A stretch of DNA of 64,000 nucleotides from Candidatus Poribacteria bacterium (GTDB lineage Bacteria; Poribacteria; WGA-4E; PCPOR2b). Position 1 is the stretch's first letter, and the number at the start of each line of letters is the position of its first letter. The notes under the pieces were generated by a model. That model was not told where the DNA came from. It did no database searches and saw nothing but the letters and a program-made list of their open reading frames with translations. The DNA is taken from contig OZ244042.1 of NCBI GenBank assembly GCA_965215015.1, positions 3,456,001 through 3,520,000 on the forward strand. The letters are read 5' to 3'. The position numbers were made by a program, and so were the translations under genes. Shown in pieces: positions 17,230 to 28,090 of the stretch.

Positions 17230-17514
17230 CTCTCTGTTAGCGGCTTCGCAGTTTGTTAGCGGAACGCTAACAGAGCGACCCGATGCGATTTCCCTTTTCA
17301 CATATGTGAAAAGGGCTCCCCCTCCGCAAAAATTCTCGTTTCTTGACAAAACAACTGGATTCTCGCGCAATGTCCCGGGCGGATTGAACCAGGATTGTCG
17401 CACCATCGTGTCTGGTATGCTCCTACGTAATGTTCTCGGCATTTTCGGTTTTGGAAGCTTGACCGCCAGAAGTTTGTTGTATGCCCAATGGTTGCGGCAT
17501 ACGGCGTATGCCTA

Positions 17515-18261
17515 CTACTTTGTGGTGTATCCGCCGTCGACTGTCATCACTGAGCCAGTGACATACGATGACTCATCGCTCGCCAAGAATAGGGCGGCAT
17601 AGGCGACCTCTATCGGTTCCGCAAAACGGCCAAAAAGATTTGCCTTGCGATACGGTGCCAGATGTTCCTCTGGGATGTTTGCCGCCATGGGTGTGTTCAT
17701 AGATCCGGGACAGATTGCATTGACCCGGATATGCTCTTGAGCGTGGTCGCACGCCATGGATCTGACTAGCCCGATGACACCGTGCTTGGAGGCATTGTAG
17801 GACGCCTGATTTGGCTGCCCAACAAGGCCTGAAATAGACGAGATACAGATGATGCTCCCGCCACCCTGACGACGCATCTGCGGGATAGCGGCTCTTGAGC
17901 ACAGAAAGGTGCCTTTGAGGTTCACACCCAAGACATAATCCCACTCTTCTTCGGTGGTGTCGGGGACGTTCTTCTCAACCTGCACCCCTGCATTATTGAC
18001 TAAGACATTGATGTGACCGTAGGACTCGACAGCTGCGGCAATCATACCTTCAGCGTCGTTCCTCGTGGAGACATCCGCTCGGACAAAAACCGCGTTGCCT
18101 CCTTCCTTGCGGATAGCGTGCACCGTTTCTTCTCCAGCCTCCATATTGATGTCAGCCACAACGATTTTGGCACCTTCACGGCTGAATAGCGTCGCCATCG
18201 CCTGACCTAATCCCATACCCGAGCCGGTGATAATAGCAACCCTGTCCTTCAGTCGTAACAT
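17515..18261 (-). CDS. SDR family oxidoreductase
   Basis: TGSGMGLG, NNAG and YNASK motifs. Confidence 0.95.
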   Translation of the reverse strand: MLRLKDRVAIITGSGMGLGQAMATLFSREGAKIVVADINMEAGEETVHAIRKEGGNAVFVRADVSTRNDAEGMIAAAVESYGHINVLVNNAGVQVEKNVPDTTEEEWDYVLGVNLKGTFLCSRAAIPQMRRQGGGSIICISSISGLVGQPNQASYNASKHGVIGLVRSMACDHAQEHIRVNAICPGSMNTPMAANIPEEHLAPYRKANLFGRFAEPIEVAYAALFLASDESSYVTGSVMTVDGGYTTK

Positions 18262-18385
18262 TGGCTCTTACCTCCTCTCTGTTCAAAAATGGTTTGGGTT
18301 CATTTAGAGGTGGCTCATGTTAAAAGGAAATGCAAAATACGAAAAGAAATCGAGTTTTCAAAAGACCCGGTTTCTGTTACATGGT

Positions 18386-19930
18386 TTAGAAGTTTGGGAA
18401 CGTCAAGGGTTGGTCGGTAAACACCTTTTCATCCATCGTTGAAACCTCCTCGACGATTGGTTTGAAGCCTATTGGGTTTAGCACGTCGCGTTGGATGTCA
18501 ATCCCCGGCGCAACTTCCTTTAACATAACGCCGCGATTCGTCAATTGAAAGGTGGCGCGTTCCGTGATGTACAACACCTCTTGTCCAGTTTCGCGGGCGT
18601 ATCTACCGCTGAAGGTAATCTGCTCAACCTCCTCGACCAACTTGGGTGCTACACCTTCCTTAACAACCCTGACCCTGCCCTCCTGAATTTCAACTTCTGC
18701 CTTCACGGCGAGTGTGCCGCAGAAAACGACCTTCTTGGCATTCTGGGAGATATCGATGAAACCACCGCAGCCGGGGATACGGTTGCCAAACTTGCTGACG
18801 TTCACGTTGCCGTATCCATCGACTTGGGCATGGGAGAGAAATGCGATGTCGATGCCCCCACCCTGATATGAATCGAACTGGTAGGGCTGATCCAAGATTG
18901 CCATTGGATAAAACATTGCACCGGAATCGAGTCCGCCTGCGGGGATGCCACCCAAGCTACCCTGCTCAATACTGAGGGTAATCTGATCTTTAATCCCGCT
19001 CTCTTCGGCAATCATTCCGACGCCGAAGGGCATGCCGAATCCGAGATTCACGATGGCATTCGGACGTAATTCCAACGCCGCCCGTTTGACGATGACTTTG
19101 CGTTCATCAAGCGACAGTCGTCCCATACTCAGATCGCCGTCACGGGCATCGCCGCACAGTGCCGGATCGAAGTCGATCTGGTAGGTCTGTTTCTGATCTG
19201 GGGCAAGGACAATAGCATCGACAAGAATACCGGGGATTTTGACCATACGGGGATCGATACCGCGTTTCCCAACCGTCCGCTTAACCTGTGCGATGACCTT
19301 CCCCCCGGAATTCCTCGCCGCCTGTGCAACCGATAGCATCTCGAAATAGGCCGCTTCATCCTCCATTGAAATATTGCCGTCGGGGTCGGCGGTGGTGCCG
19401 CGGATAAAAGCGACATTGACGGGGAAGCTGTGGTACAGCAGATACTCCTTGTCTCGCAACGTTACCACTTCGACCAGATCTTCCGTTGTCCGTGCGTTGA
19501 GTTTACCGCCTTCGATTCGGGGGTCTGCGAATGTGTGCAAGCCGACATGAGTCACGTAGCCCGGCGCACCGGCGGCGATGCTCCGCATCAAGCATGACAA
19601 CGCCCCCTGCGGGAGGTTGTACGCCTCGGTTTTGTTTTCGATGGCGAGTTTCGCCATTGGGGGCGACATTCCCCAATGCCCGCCGATGTCCCGTTTAATT
19701 AGGCGCGGGTCAGCGAGATGTCCCAAGCCGAGTTCGCCCTGATCGCCCATGCCGCTGATGTGAACGACTGTCAGGTCGCGTGGCTGCAGCGTTGACCGGA
19801 ATCGTCCCCCCAGTGCCTTGATGAGCGATTCGGGGATGGCATGTCCTGCGCCGCTCCCTCCGATAACGAGGGTATCCCCACTTTGTACTATCTGTACAGC
19901 TTCTTCTGCGGTGATAATTGGTTTTATCAT
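18386..19930 (-). CDS. Acyl-CoA:acetate/3-ketoacid (propionate) CoA-transferase, fused alpha-beta
   Basis: YNLPQG, RGTTAD, VNLGFGMP, SIEQG and GCGGFIDISQNAKKVVFCG; start revised to ATG 19930 (AGGAG RBS). Confidence 0.9.
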   Translation of the reverse strand: MIKPIITAEEAVQIVQSGDTLVIGGSGAGHAIPESLIKALGGRFRSTLQPRDLTVVHISGMGDQGELGLGHLADPRLIKRDIGGHWGMSPPMAKLAIENKTEAYNLPQGALSCLMRSIAAGAPGYVTHVGLHTFADPRIEGGKLNARTTEDLVEVVTLRDKEYLLYHSFPVNVAFIRGTTADPDGNISMEDEAAYFEMLSVAQAARNSGGKVIAQVKRTVGKRGIDPRMVKIPGILVDAIVLAPDQKQTYQIDFDPALCGDARDGDLSMGRLSLDERKVIVKRAALELRPNAIVNLGFGMPFGVGMIAEESGIKDQITLSIEQGSLGGIPAGGLDSGAMFYPMAILDQPYQFDSYQGGGIDIAFLSHAQVDGYGNVNVSKFGNRIPGCGGFIDISQNAKKVVFCGTLAVKAEVEIQEGRVRVVKEGVAPKLVEEVEQITFSGRYARETGQEVLYITERATFQLTNRGVMLKEVAPGIDIQRDVLNPIGFKPIVEEVSTMDEKVFTDQPLTFPNF

Positions 19931-20303
19931 TTTGATGACTCCTGAAAGCCAGCGTTGATTACGGTCAGAGACCAAGAGTCTCCGACTAGCTATATACCTG
20001 TCGCCCCGCTAGGGCTATTCGGGCAGGATGCCCGACCTACGGGTGTGATGTGTTTTGATACACATTGCGCTCCTCTAGCGCGCGGGGTTGCAGGTGTTAC
20101 GGTTTTATAGACATAGTGCTCCGTTGGAGCGATGGGACATTTGGTTTGCTGAAGGCATCCCTATCCCTAAATTCCCCGTAATGGGTATGCCAACTCGTGG
20201 GTCTTGGAAACCAAGCCCCTGAGATTTACCTCGCCCGAATTTAGCGATGATGTTCCCTTTAATTACATTCACCTGATTGATTAAATGACGTGTCAAACTG
20301 GTT

Positions 20304-22406
20304 TTATGCTTCCACACAGTGTATAACCGCAACTTCCCAAGGCTCGATGACAAGCTGGAGTGCACCATCTGTAATTGACACATCCCGATGAGTCAACAGG
20401 TTATGGGCATAGTTCGTCCTCCATTTGGGACGTAGGGTGACATGCGCCTGCCGCGGTTCAACGTTGAAAGCAAACAGCAGCCACCCGCCACGACGCGATT
20501 TTCGCACAATCGTCACCACGCGGTCTCCTCCGACTGATACTGCGGGGTATATTCCAAACTCCTCCGTCAGTCCAAGAACCAGGTCGGCCTGCCCTATATT
20601 CCCGAATCCCGCCGACAGTGTGAAGCCGAACCATGTGAAACGCCGATCCCCGGTCTGCACGGCTACGGTATCGTCGCCCAGAGACGCTATGGACCGGGTA
20701 TCGTTACGCGGTTCTAGAATAGCATACCCACACGGTGTCGAGACAGTTACTTGCCCGTAGGAGGTTTCGACGATATTCCGTCCACTCTCAATGTCGTGTG
20801 GGGTGACCGCCGAGAAGTCCGCCACCCTCACACCGAACCGGGCGGCGAACCCTTCCGGCGGCCGATAGCTGGATTGTCCATCGGCAGAGTACATACCGAA
20901 ACTTCCCTCCGCCACGAAATGTGTTTCTGGGCTTTCCAATAACGTCCGTTCAATCCATTCCTGTGTCTCTGCGTTCATCAGTGTGACGTTGGGTAGAAAC
21001 AGCATCCGGTATCCCGACCAGTCCATCCGCGGTGTGATAATATCCGTAGAAATGCCATGCCCCCAGAGCGTCCGGTACACACCACGCAGATCTGCCAAGA
21101 AACGGTCGGATTCGTCGTTATAGCTGAAAAGTTCTTGCGATTCGGGGTGATATACAATGCCTACGTCGGCCCGTGGACATTCCAACGGCAGGTGTTCGGC
21201 GAATCCTTCAATCTGCGCGATAGCACGCGCGACCGCATCGAAACGGGCTGTCGGCTCACCGTCCAGTGAAACTAAGTTGTAGCCGGGTGACTCGAAACTG
21301 AGATATTCGGGGCGATATTGCCAGAACATCGTCCCCGCGGCGCCGCTCGCTAAGGTCATCCAGAGCAGCGTAGTCAGTTCTCGCGGATCGGATTGCTTTT
21401 TCCATGTGACGCCGCCTCTCGACATGCCTGCGTAGATTTCTTCATTCCACCAACGTCCGTTGCGTCCGGCACTCCGCGCCCAGTCGAAACTGAACGCTCG
21501 ATCCGCAATCTGGTAAGGGTCATCTGATGTGAGTAGATTGTTAGATGGCATTGACATCCCCCAGCTATCCACAATCCGCGCACATCGCTCATCCCAAGTT
21601 CGTGGAGACCAGCCACCGTGTGATCGCACCTCATGATAGGGGTCAATTCCCTTGACTTCGTCCACCATCCATTGCAGATGATTTGCCAAGTTTTCATAGT
21701 GAAATTCGCGGTAGAGCAGCATCTCAACGACATTCTGATCGGATCGGGGCGGCTCCACATCTTCCCAACGGCGGTAGCGGCGTGAGAAACGGGTATTAAG
21801 GGCGTCCAGCGTGAATCGCTCGCGCAGCCACTCTTTGTACTTAGCAATCGTGTTTTCGCAGTAGCACGGGTAGCCATCGCTATCTCGACTCCACACCGAT
21901 GCCAAGTTGACCCCATCCCAGAGTCCCCAGATTAGTAGGTTGGAACGGTCCTTGTAGCGGTGAACGACATGGCGCAACAGTCCACCGCCATACTCGCGCC
22001 AAGCGGGATGGTCATAGCAGTGGATCATCGCACCTTGGGGATAGGCGGGCCCTGCGTGTGCCTCCGCGCGTTGACCACGGTAGTTGACGACCCGCATATC
22101 AGGATGCTCACGGGTCAACCACTCCGGGCACGCGCCGTGTGTTCCCAGCACGATGTCGATCCAGACGGACAATCCGTGTTTTTCTGCCAAATCGAACAGG
22201 AGGTCGAAGTCATCCAATTCGTAGAGGCCCGGGCGTGGTTCCATCCAGTTCCAGTAAGTAAAACTGCGTACAATCCGGAAACCTGCTGCGCTCAATCGGT
22301 CGAAGTCTTTATCCCAGCAGTCGGGCTTGGGAGTGGGTGCACGGTAGTACTCGACCCCGACGGGAAATGGAGTCTTCGGATGTTCAAAACATTTTGTGGT
22401 AGGCAT
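20304..22406 (-). CDS. GH42-like beta-galactosidase
   Basis: GVEYY, WNWMEPRPG.Y...DFD, ACPEWL and FWQYR motifs plus a trimerisation-like C-terminal domain. Confidence 0.8.
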   Translation of the reverse strand: MPTTKCFEHPKTPFPVGVEYYRAPTPKPDCWDKDFDRLSAAGFRIVRSFTYWNWMEPRPGLYELDDFDLLFDLAEKHGLSVWIDIVLGTHGACPEWLTREHPDMRVVNYRGQRAEAHAGPAYPQGAMIHCYDHPAWREYGGGLLRHVVHRYKDRSNLLIWGLWDGVNLASVWSRDSDGYPCYCENTIAKYKEWLRERFTLDALNTRFSRRYRRWEDVEPPRSDQNVVEMLLYREFHYENLANHLQWMVDEVKGIDPYHEVRSHGGWSPRTWDERCARIVDSWGMSMPSNNLLTSDDPYQIADRAFSFDWARSAGRNGRWWNEEIYAGMSRGGVTWKKQSDPRELTTLLWMTLASGAAGTMFWQYRPEYLSFESPGYNLVSLDGEPTARFDAVARAIAQIEGFAEHLPLECPRADVGIVYHPESQELFSYNDESDRFLADLRGVYRTLWGHGISTDIITPRMDWSGYRMLFLPNVTLMNAETQEWIERTLLESPETHFVAEGSFGMYSADGQSSYRPPEGFAARFGVRVADFSAVTPHDIESGRNIVETSYGQVTVSTPCGYAILEPRNDTRSIASLGDDTVAVQTGDRRFTWFGFTLSAGFGNIGQADLVLGLTEEFGIYPAVSVGGDRVVTIVRKSRRGGWLLFAFNVEPRQAHVTLRPKWRTNYAHNLLTHRDVSITDGALQLVIEPWEVAVIHCVEA

Positions 22407-22723
22407 CTGGTATCTCCTGTATATCTATTTTAGTGTATTGGTTCGTCAATAAATTAGTTCATCGAGCAACAGGACATGGACTCATAAACGAATCAACTTC
22501 CATTGGGTTAGTGGTAACTTGGGTTATCTAACTCGCTATTTGCGTTGTTGACAGGAATTCAGGTCCCTGTTATACTGAGTCAAACCAACGATTGAGAACC
22601 AGTACCGCCCATCGTTCCATCGGTATTTTTGGGCGGCTATATCCCGCGTCACTTTTGTAGGGGCAGGTTTTGTGTCTGCCCAAAGCAGGCAACTACAAGG
22701 GTTGCTGTTTAGGAGGAGAAATT

Positions 22724-23389
22724 ATGAAGCTTATCCTCGTCGGCTGTGAATATGCCGGTAAGACAACGTTAGCCAATGAAATTGTGAAATGGATTGACAG
22801 CACACTGGGTGGTGCTCGCGGCTTCCATGACCATTTTACCATCCCCTCTTCTGAATTAACAGCAGAAGATCGGGATCAATTTATGGCACTGAGTCCGCGG
22901 CTCAAGGAGATGTTCCAGCGTTATATTATTGAGTATCATCTTCAACCTGCGTTTTATGCTGATCCGGACCACAACATGACAGGTTTTCATATTGAGGAGG
23001 CGGTCTATGCGCCGTTGTATTATGGTTACGGTGGCAAAGGCGAATATGCCGAGCGCACGACGTTAGCGCGAGCGGTGGAGAAAACGATTATGAAGGAAGC
23101 ACCTGATACGGTGCTTATCCTGCTCAAAGCGTCAGCCGAAGTCATCGCGCAACGGCTGCGAGAAAATCCACAACCGCTCGGTGTCCTACAGGAGAAGGAT
23201 ATCGAATATGTCCTACAACGGTTCGACGAGGAGTACCAAGCCTCGCTAATCCGTAGAAAGTTTAGCCTTGATACCACAACGGCAACTGTGGAGGAAACCC
23301 TCTCCGAATTTGCCGAGCAGATTGAGCTGTACCTGTCGGATGCGGACCGCCTGCGGATGCTCGCTCATCAGGCTTTACAGGCGAAATGA
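22724..23389 (+). CDS. P-loop nucleoside/nucleotide kinase-like protein
   Basis: ILVGCEYAGKTT Walker A; AGGAGG RBS before ATG 22724. Confidence 0.75.
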   Translation: MKLILVGCEYAGKTTLANEIVKWIDSTLGGARGFHDHFTIPSSELTAEDRDQFMALSPRLKEMFQRYIIEYHLQPAFYADPDHNMTGFHIEEAVYAPLYYGYGGKGEYAERTTLARAVEKTIMKEAPDTVLILLKASAEVIAQRLRENPQPLGVLQEKDIEYVLQRFDEEYQASLIRRKFSLDTTTATVEETLSEFAEQIELYLSDADRLRMLAHQALQAK

Positions 23390-24279
23390 GTTTAAAAGGA
23401 AAATCTATGAAACGTCTGGCTTATGCAATCGCTGCGACGCTTGCCGTTTTTATGTGTGTTGCTGCTTGGGCACCAATGGATTTCGCAAGGATTAAAATTA
23501 AAACCACTCACGTTGCCGGCAACATCTATATGCTGGAAGGGGCTGGTGGGAATATCGGCGTATCGGTGGGACCTGACGGAATTCTGCTCGTTGACGACCA
23601 ATTCGCGCCGCTGGCGGAAAAGATTCGGAACGCGCTCAAAGAACTGGGGGAGGGTCCGTTAAAATTTCTGATCAATACCCACTTCCACGGTGATCACACC
23701 GGCGGCAACGTCGTCTTCGGAGCTGAGGTGCCCATCATCTCTCATGCCAATGTCCGAAAACGGCTGCAGATGAAATCTCCGCCTAAAGAAGCCTTGCCGG
23801 TTGTCACATTCGATGATTCGTTGTCTATTCACTTCAACGGTGAAGATATTCGCGTTATTCACTTTCCAAATAGTCATACGGATGGGGACAGCGTCATTTT
23901 CTTCACCGGATCGAACGTTGTGCATATGGGAGATCTCTTTTTCTCGGGTCGATTTCCCTATATTGATTTGGACAGCGGCGGGGATGTGGAGGGATTAATA
24001 AAGCATATTGAGGTGCTCTTAACCGAACTCCCATCTGATGTGAAGCTGATTCCGGGACACGGTCCACTTTCGGATATTGGTGACCTCAAGACTTATCACC
24101 AGACGCTTGTGGCGACAATGGATATAGTTCGAGATCAGATAGAAGCAGGGGAAAGTCTGGATAAAATTAAAGCGGCGGGACTTCCCAAAAAGTGGCGTTC
24201 TTGGGGAAGCGGTTTCATCTCGATGGGACGCTGGATTGAAATTGTCCACCGGAGTCTGACGAAAGAGCGTAAAGGGTAA
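23386..24279 (+). CDS. Secreted MBL-fold metallo-hydrolase (cyclase-like)
   Basis: THFHGDHTGGN, HTDGD, MGD and PGHG motifs; signal peptide. Confidence 0.9.
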   Translation: MSLKGKSMKRLAYAIAATLAVFMCVAAWAPMDFARIKIKTTHVAGNIYMLEGAGGNIGVSVGPDGILLVDDQFAPLAEKIRNALKELGEGPLKFLINTHFHGDHTGGNVVFGAEVPIISHANVRKRLQMKSPPKEALPVVTFDDSLSIHFNGEDIRVIHFPNSHTDGDSVIFFTGSNVVHMGDLFFSGRFPYIDLDSGGDVEGLIKHIEVLLTELPSDVKLIPGHGPLSDIGDLKTYHQTLVATMDIVRDQIEAGESLDKIKAAGLPKKWRSWGSGFISMGRWIEIVHRSLTKERKG

Positions 24280-24407
24280 TACAGAACTGCGGATTCATAA
24301 TGATCAAACCCGATGAAAAGGGGACTGAAATTATGAAAAAGGGACTGAAAAACGCAGATTTCGCAGATAAAAACAGCGGTTCATGTAAAGAAGTAGGACT
24401 TACGCAG

Positions 24408-24472
24408 TTGAACGCTCCATGCCTAAAGGACCGGATATGCATCCCGATCCTTTAGGTGTAGGAGCACGTCAA
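24408..24472. mobile_element. Miniature palindromic element resembling IS200/IS605 ends
   Basis: TTGAACGCTCCATGCCTAAAGGACCGG / CCGATCCTTTAGGTGTAGGAGCACGTCAA inverted pair; a similar end lies at 26289-26325. Confidence 0.5.
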
Positions 24473-24720
24473 AAAATGGTGTTATTGAAAGGCGGAACCG
24501 CTATTGGCATTAATAACATTGGTTTTGAACTGTTCAATATACAGTAGTAGGCACGTTCCGCTGTGCTGTTACCCCTCTCAAATCCCGAATACCCCACGGT
24601 TCTTTTCCCCTAAGCCCCTCCACCGGGTTGCGTCCCCGCTTGCGGGGGGTGGGGGGCCTTAGCGGGAGGAAGGGGGGGACGGCATACGGTGTGTGCCTAC
24701 TACTAGCAACTTGAGTCATT

Positions 24721-26109
24721 CTATAGGTTGTAGCCGCTTTCATTGTGGAGAGAGAGGTCTAGTCCTTCTCGCTCGTCGTTGTATTTGACGCGTAAACCAA
24801 CTGTTCTATCAACAACCTTGAGAATGATGAAGGAGACAATCCCGCTCCAAAGTATAGTCACAACGATGCTGATAAACTGACTGACAAGTTGTTGACCAAT
24901 ATTTATGTCTGCCAGCCCACCTAATCCCTTTGCAGCGAATATGCCGGTCAACAAGCAGCCAACAATACCACCGACGCCGTGTACGCCAAAGGCATCGAGT
25001 GAATCGTCGTATCCGAGGCGCCGCTTGAGGCTGGTTGCACCCCAAAAACAGATTACACCTGAAGCCAACCCGATGACCAACGCGCCTGGTGGCCCAACGC
25101 TGCCGGATGCCGGCGTAATTGCCACAAGCCCTGCGACAGCACCGGTGACAATCCCCAGTACGCTTGGCTTGCCGTGCTTTATCCACTCAACAAACATCCA
25201 AGCCAATGCGGCAGTGCCTGTAGAGATTTGCGTTACCAGCATTGCCATCCCCGCCGCACCATCAGCGGCCAAAGCACTGCCAGCATTGAAACCGAACCAG
25301 CCTACCCAGAGCATAGAGGCACCAATGACTGTCAGAGTCAAGTTGTGAGGCGGCATGGGGGTCTCCGGGTAGCCGAGGCGTTTGCCAATTAATAATGCGG
25401 CAACCAGAGCAGCAACACCCGCGTTAATGTGTACCACCGTTCCGCCTGCAAAATCGAGTGCGCCCAACACATCTCCAAAGTATGAGCCATCCCCGCTCCA
25501 CGTCATGTGGCAAATTGGCGCGTACACAATTATAGACCAGATTCCCATGAACCATAGCATGGCGGAGAATTTCATTCGTTCGGCGAAGGCACCTGCAATC
25601 AGTGCCGGTGTGATGATGGCAAAGGTCAACTGGAAGCAGATAAATACTGTTTCCGGGATAGTACCTGATACACTATCCACATTCACACCACGAAGGAAAG
25701 CCTTGCCAAATCCGCCGAAAAATGAATGGGCATTGGTCACTTTCATCGCCATACCTGTTGTATCAAAGGCGATACTGTAGCCAATCACAATCCATATAAT
25801 GGTAATTAGCCCGGTCAGCGAAAAACACTGCATCAATAGCGATAGGACATTTTTGGTGCGCACGAGTCCGCCATAGAAAAGGGCAAGACCGGGAATGGTC
25901 ATGAATAGGACCAGTGCTGTTGATGTAAGCATCCAGGCGGTGTCGCCCGAATCGAGCGCGGCTTCAGCCAAAGCAAGTTTCGGGAGTGCTAAGAACATCA
26001 GTACCAACAGCATTCCTATAGCAACTCTGGGCTTACCGTGTCTTAAAAACCTTCTAGGTTTTACTATATGTTTTTGAAACCTATACACATTCTGTGGTTG
26101 TTGGTGCAT
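24721..26109 (-). CDS. amtB: Ammonium transporter (AmtB-type)
   Basis: PGLALFYGG, AFAERMKF, DFAGGTVVH, WVGWFGFNAGS and DDSLDAFGVHG. Confidence 0.96.
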   Translation of the reverse strand: MHQQPQNVYRFQKHIVKPRRFLRHGKPRVAIGMLLVLMFLALPKLALAEAALDSGDTAWMLTSTALVLFMTIPGLALFYGGLVRTKNVLSLLMQCFSLTGLITIIWIVIGYSIAFDTTGMAMKVTNAHSFFGGFGKAFLRGVNVDSVSGTIPETVFICFQLTFAIITPALIAGAFAERMKFSAMLWFMGIWSIIVYAPICHMTWSGDGSYFGDVLGALDFAGGTVVHINAGVAALVAALLIGKRLGYPETPMPPHNLTLTVIGASMLWVGWFGFNAGSALAADGAAGMAMLVTQISTGTAALAWMFVEWIKHGKPSVLGIVTGAVAGLVAITPASGSVGPPGALVIGLASGVICFWGATSLKRRLGYDDSLDAFGVHGVGGIVGCLLTGIFAAKGLGGLADINIGQQLVSQFISIVVTILWSGIVSFIILKVVDRTVGLRVKYNDEREGLDLSLHNESGYNL

Positions 26110-26288
26110 TTTGACCTCCATTTGGGTTTAGACGATCATTACCTGCTTGAAAACAGTTTCAGACTTCTCGTCAGGCAGTATAACACCATAGGTTTCAAAA
26201 GTAAACAGAAATTTTTCGATTTTATCTAATCTTGTTGACAAGACCCCACAGCCCAAACCCTTTAATTTGACCGCTATTGGGACGGGTC

Positions 26289-26325
26289 AGAATCCCTAAC
26301 CCTTTAGGGTATGGGAGTAGGTCAA
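26289..26325 (+). mobile_element. IS605-family right-end-like remnant
   Basis: AGAATCCCTAACCCTTTAGGGTATGGGAGTAGGTCAA hairpin ending in GTCAA. Confidence 0.5.
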
Positions 26326-26400
26326 TTTAGTCGTATCGGAAGCGAGTGACTCAGTGGCGTTTACGCCACCGTACCAAATGCCTGTTGATTTTTCTCGAAT

Positions 26401-26456
26401 AAAAAAAGGCGTTCATTTGTCGCTATTCCACCAGCGACGAATGGACGCCTTTGTCC
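26401..26456 (-). terminator. Intrinsic terminator overlapped by an ANTAR-type hexaloop hairpin
   Basis: Minus strand GGAC-AAAGGC-GTCC overlaps the long stem AAAGGCGTCCATTCGTCGCT...AGCGACAAATGAACGCC, followed by a U-tract. Confidence 0.7.
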
Positions 26457-26560
26457 ACATCGAAGTCTTATTGGCCTCAGTTATTCAAGGAGGAACTGAT
26501 AAGTTGTGGTATATTCGTAAGCGTTCAGATATAGCTTTTACTTCAACGTTTATCTATCTT

Positions 26561-27928
26561 CTAGTTAATGGAAGATATTGTAAAATCTGGATACGCGTTT
26601 GCACCGTGTTCTCCGTAATCCAATCCAGCCAACTCTTCTTCTTCACTAACGCGCAACCCGACGATAGCTTTGATACCGTAAAATAGGATAAAGCCTGTTA
26701 CCATACACCACACAAACACGGCAGCAACACCAATGAATTGGGCACCGAAGAACTTGAAAGCTGCGCCTTTATCCGCTGCGTAGAGAATTCCTTGCTCTGT
26801 GTGGAACAGTCCAAGCAAGAGCGTTCCCAAAGCCCCGCAAGTGCCGTGTACAGAAATTGCGCCAACCGGGTCATCAATTCTTAGGTTTTCAAGTATCAGT
26901 ACCGAAAATACGACCACAATACCTGCAATCCCACCAATAATTATTGCCGCTACTGGTGTAACAAACGCACACGGTGCAGTAATCGCAACGAGTCCGGCAA
27001 GTGCGCCGTTGAGTGCCATACCGGCATCCGGTTTCTTGAGTTTGAACCAAGCGGTTATCATGGCTAGAATTGCGCCCGCTGCGGCAGCGATGTTTGTCGT
27101 TACAGCGATTAGGGCGATGGGTTTTGCGTCTGCCCCCATCTGGCTACCTGAATTAAAGCCAAACCATCCAAGCCATAGGATGAATACACCGAGTGCTGCT
27201 AACGGCAGGTTATGTCCGGGAATCGGACGGGGCCTTCCATTTGCGTCATATTTGCCTGTGCGAGCACCGAGTACGATTGCGCCTGTTAAAGCGAGCCAGC
27301 CACCGGTTGAGTGGACGACTGTAGATCCCGCAAAATCCAACATTCCTAGATTCGCCAGCCAACCGCCTCCCCAGATCCAGTGTCCGACGATTGGATAGAT
27401 TAAACCAGTAATAAAGATGCTATAGATTAGATAGCTTCTGAACTTGGTGCGTTCAGCCATTGCACCGGAAACGATTGTCGCTGCGGTGGCAGCGAAGACC
27501 AGTTGGAATAACCAGGCAGAGAGCGTTGGGACAGAACTCCACTCCAGTGCGCTGAAACCTTTCGTCTCTGCTGAGATAAACCATCCACTCAATCCGAGGA
27601 AGCTATTGCCATCGCCAAACATAATTGCGAATCCGATCGCCCAGTAAGCAATAGACCCCATCGAGAAATCCATCAAATTTTTCATCAAGATATTGACAGC
27701 ATTTTTCGCACGGGTAAATCCCGCTTCGACCATGGAAAATCCCGCCTGCATAAAGAAAACCAGACAGGCGGCAACCAATACCCAGATGGTGTCAGCAATA
27801 TACTTTGAAGTTTCAATCTTTTCACCTTCGACAAAGCCATCTAAGGCGAAAGCGTTCATACCTAGACATAGCGTCACAATCAGAACAATTCCTGCAATCC
27901 TGTAATCGCTCAGAGGGAATTTTTTCAT
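26561..27928 (-). CDS. amt: Ammonium transporter (second, distinct Amt clade)
   Basis: FFMQAGFSMVEAG, IVSGAMAER, DFAGSTVVH and DDPVGAISVHG; start revised to ATG 27928 (AAGGAG RBS). Confidence 0.96.
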   Translation of the reverse strand: MKKFPLSDYRIAGIVLIVTLCLGMNAFALDGFVEGEKIETSKYIADTIWVLVAACLVFFMQAGFSMVEAGFTRAKNAVNILMKNLMDFSMGSIAYWAIGFAIMFGDGNSFLGLSGWFISAETKGFSALEWSSVPTLSAWLFQLVFAATAATIVSGAMAERTKFRSYLIYSIFITGLIYPIVGHWIWGGGWLANLGMLDFAGSTVVHSTGGWLALTGAIVLGARTGKYDANGRPRPIPGHNLPLAALGVFILWLGWFGFNSGSQMGADAKPIALIAVTTNIAAAAGAILAMITAWFKLKKPDAGMALNGALAGLVAITAPCAFVTPVAAIIIGGIAGIVVVFSVLILENLRIDDPVGAISVHGTCGALGTLLLGLFHTEQGILYAADKGAAFKFFGAQFIGVAAVFVWCMVTGFILFYGIKAIVGLRVSEEEELAGLDYGEHGANAYPDFTISSIN

Positions 27929-28074
27929 TTTTTTCTCCTTATAGGTGGGCACCTTCGTCGGCGTATTGTAAATTATCCGTAAAGCGGCGGAAAGATTAAC
28001 GAAAGGCTGTAGCACTTAAATCCTTTATCTTTCCAATGCCAAGAACCGAATCTTGACCCTAATAATCAATCGTA

Positions 28075-28090
28075 GGCAAAAAAAATGCCA
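28075..28090 (-). promoter_or_regulatory. Sigma54 (-24/-12) promoter for amt
   Basis: Minus strand TGGCATTTTTTTTGCC = GG-N10-GC. Confidence 0.7.
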
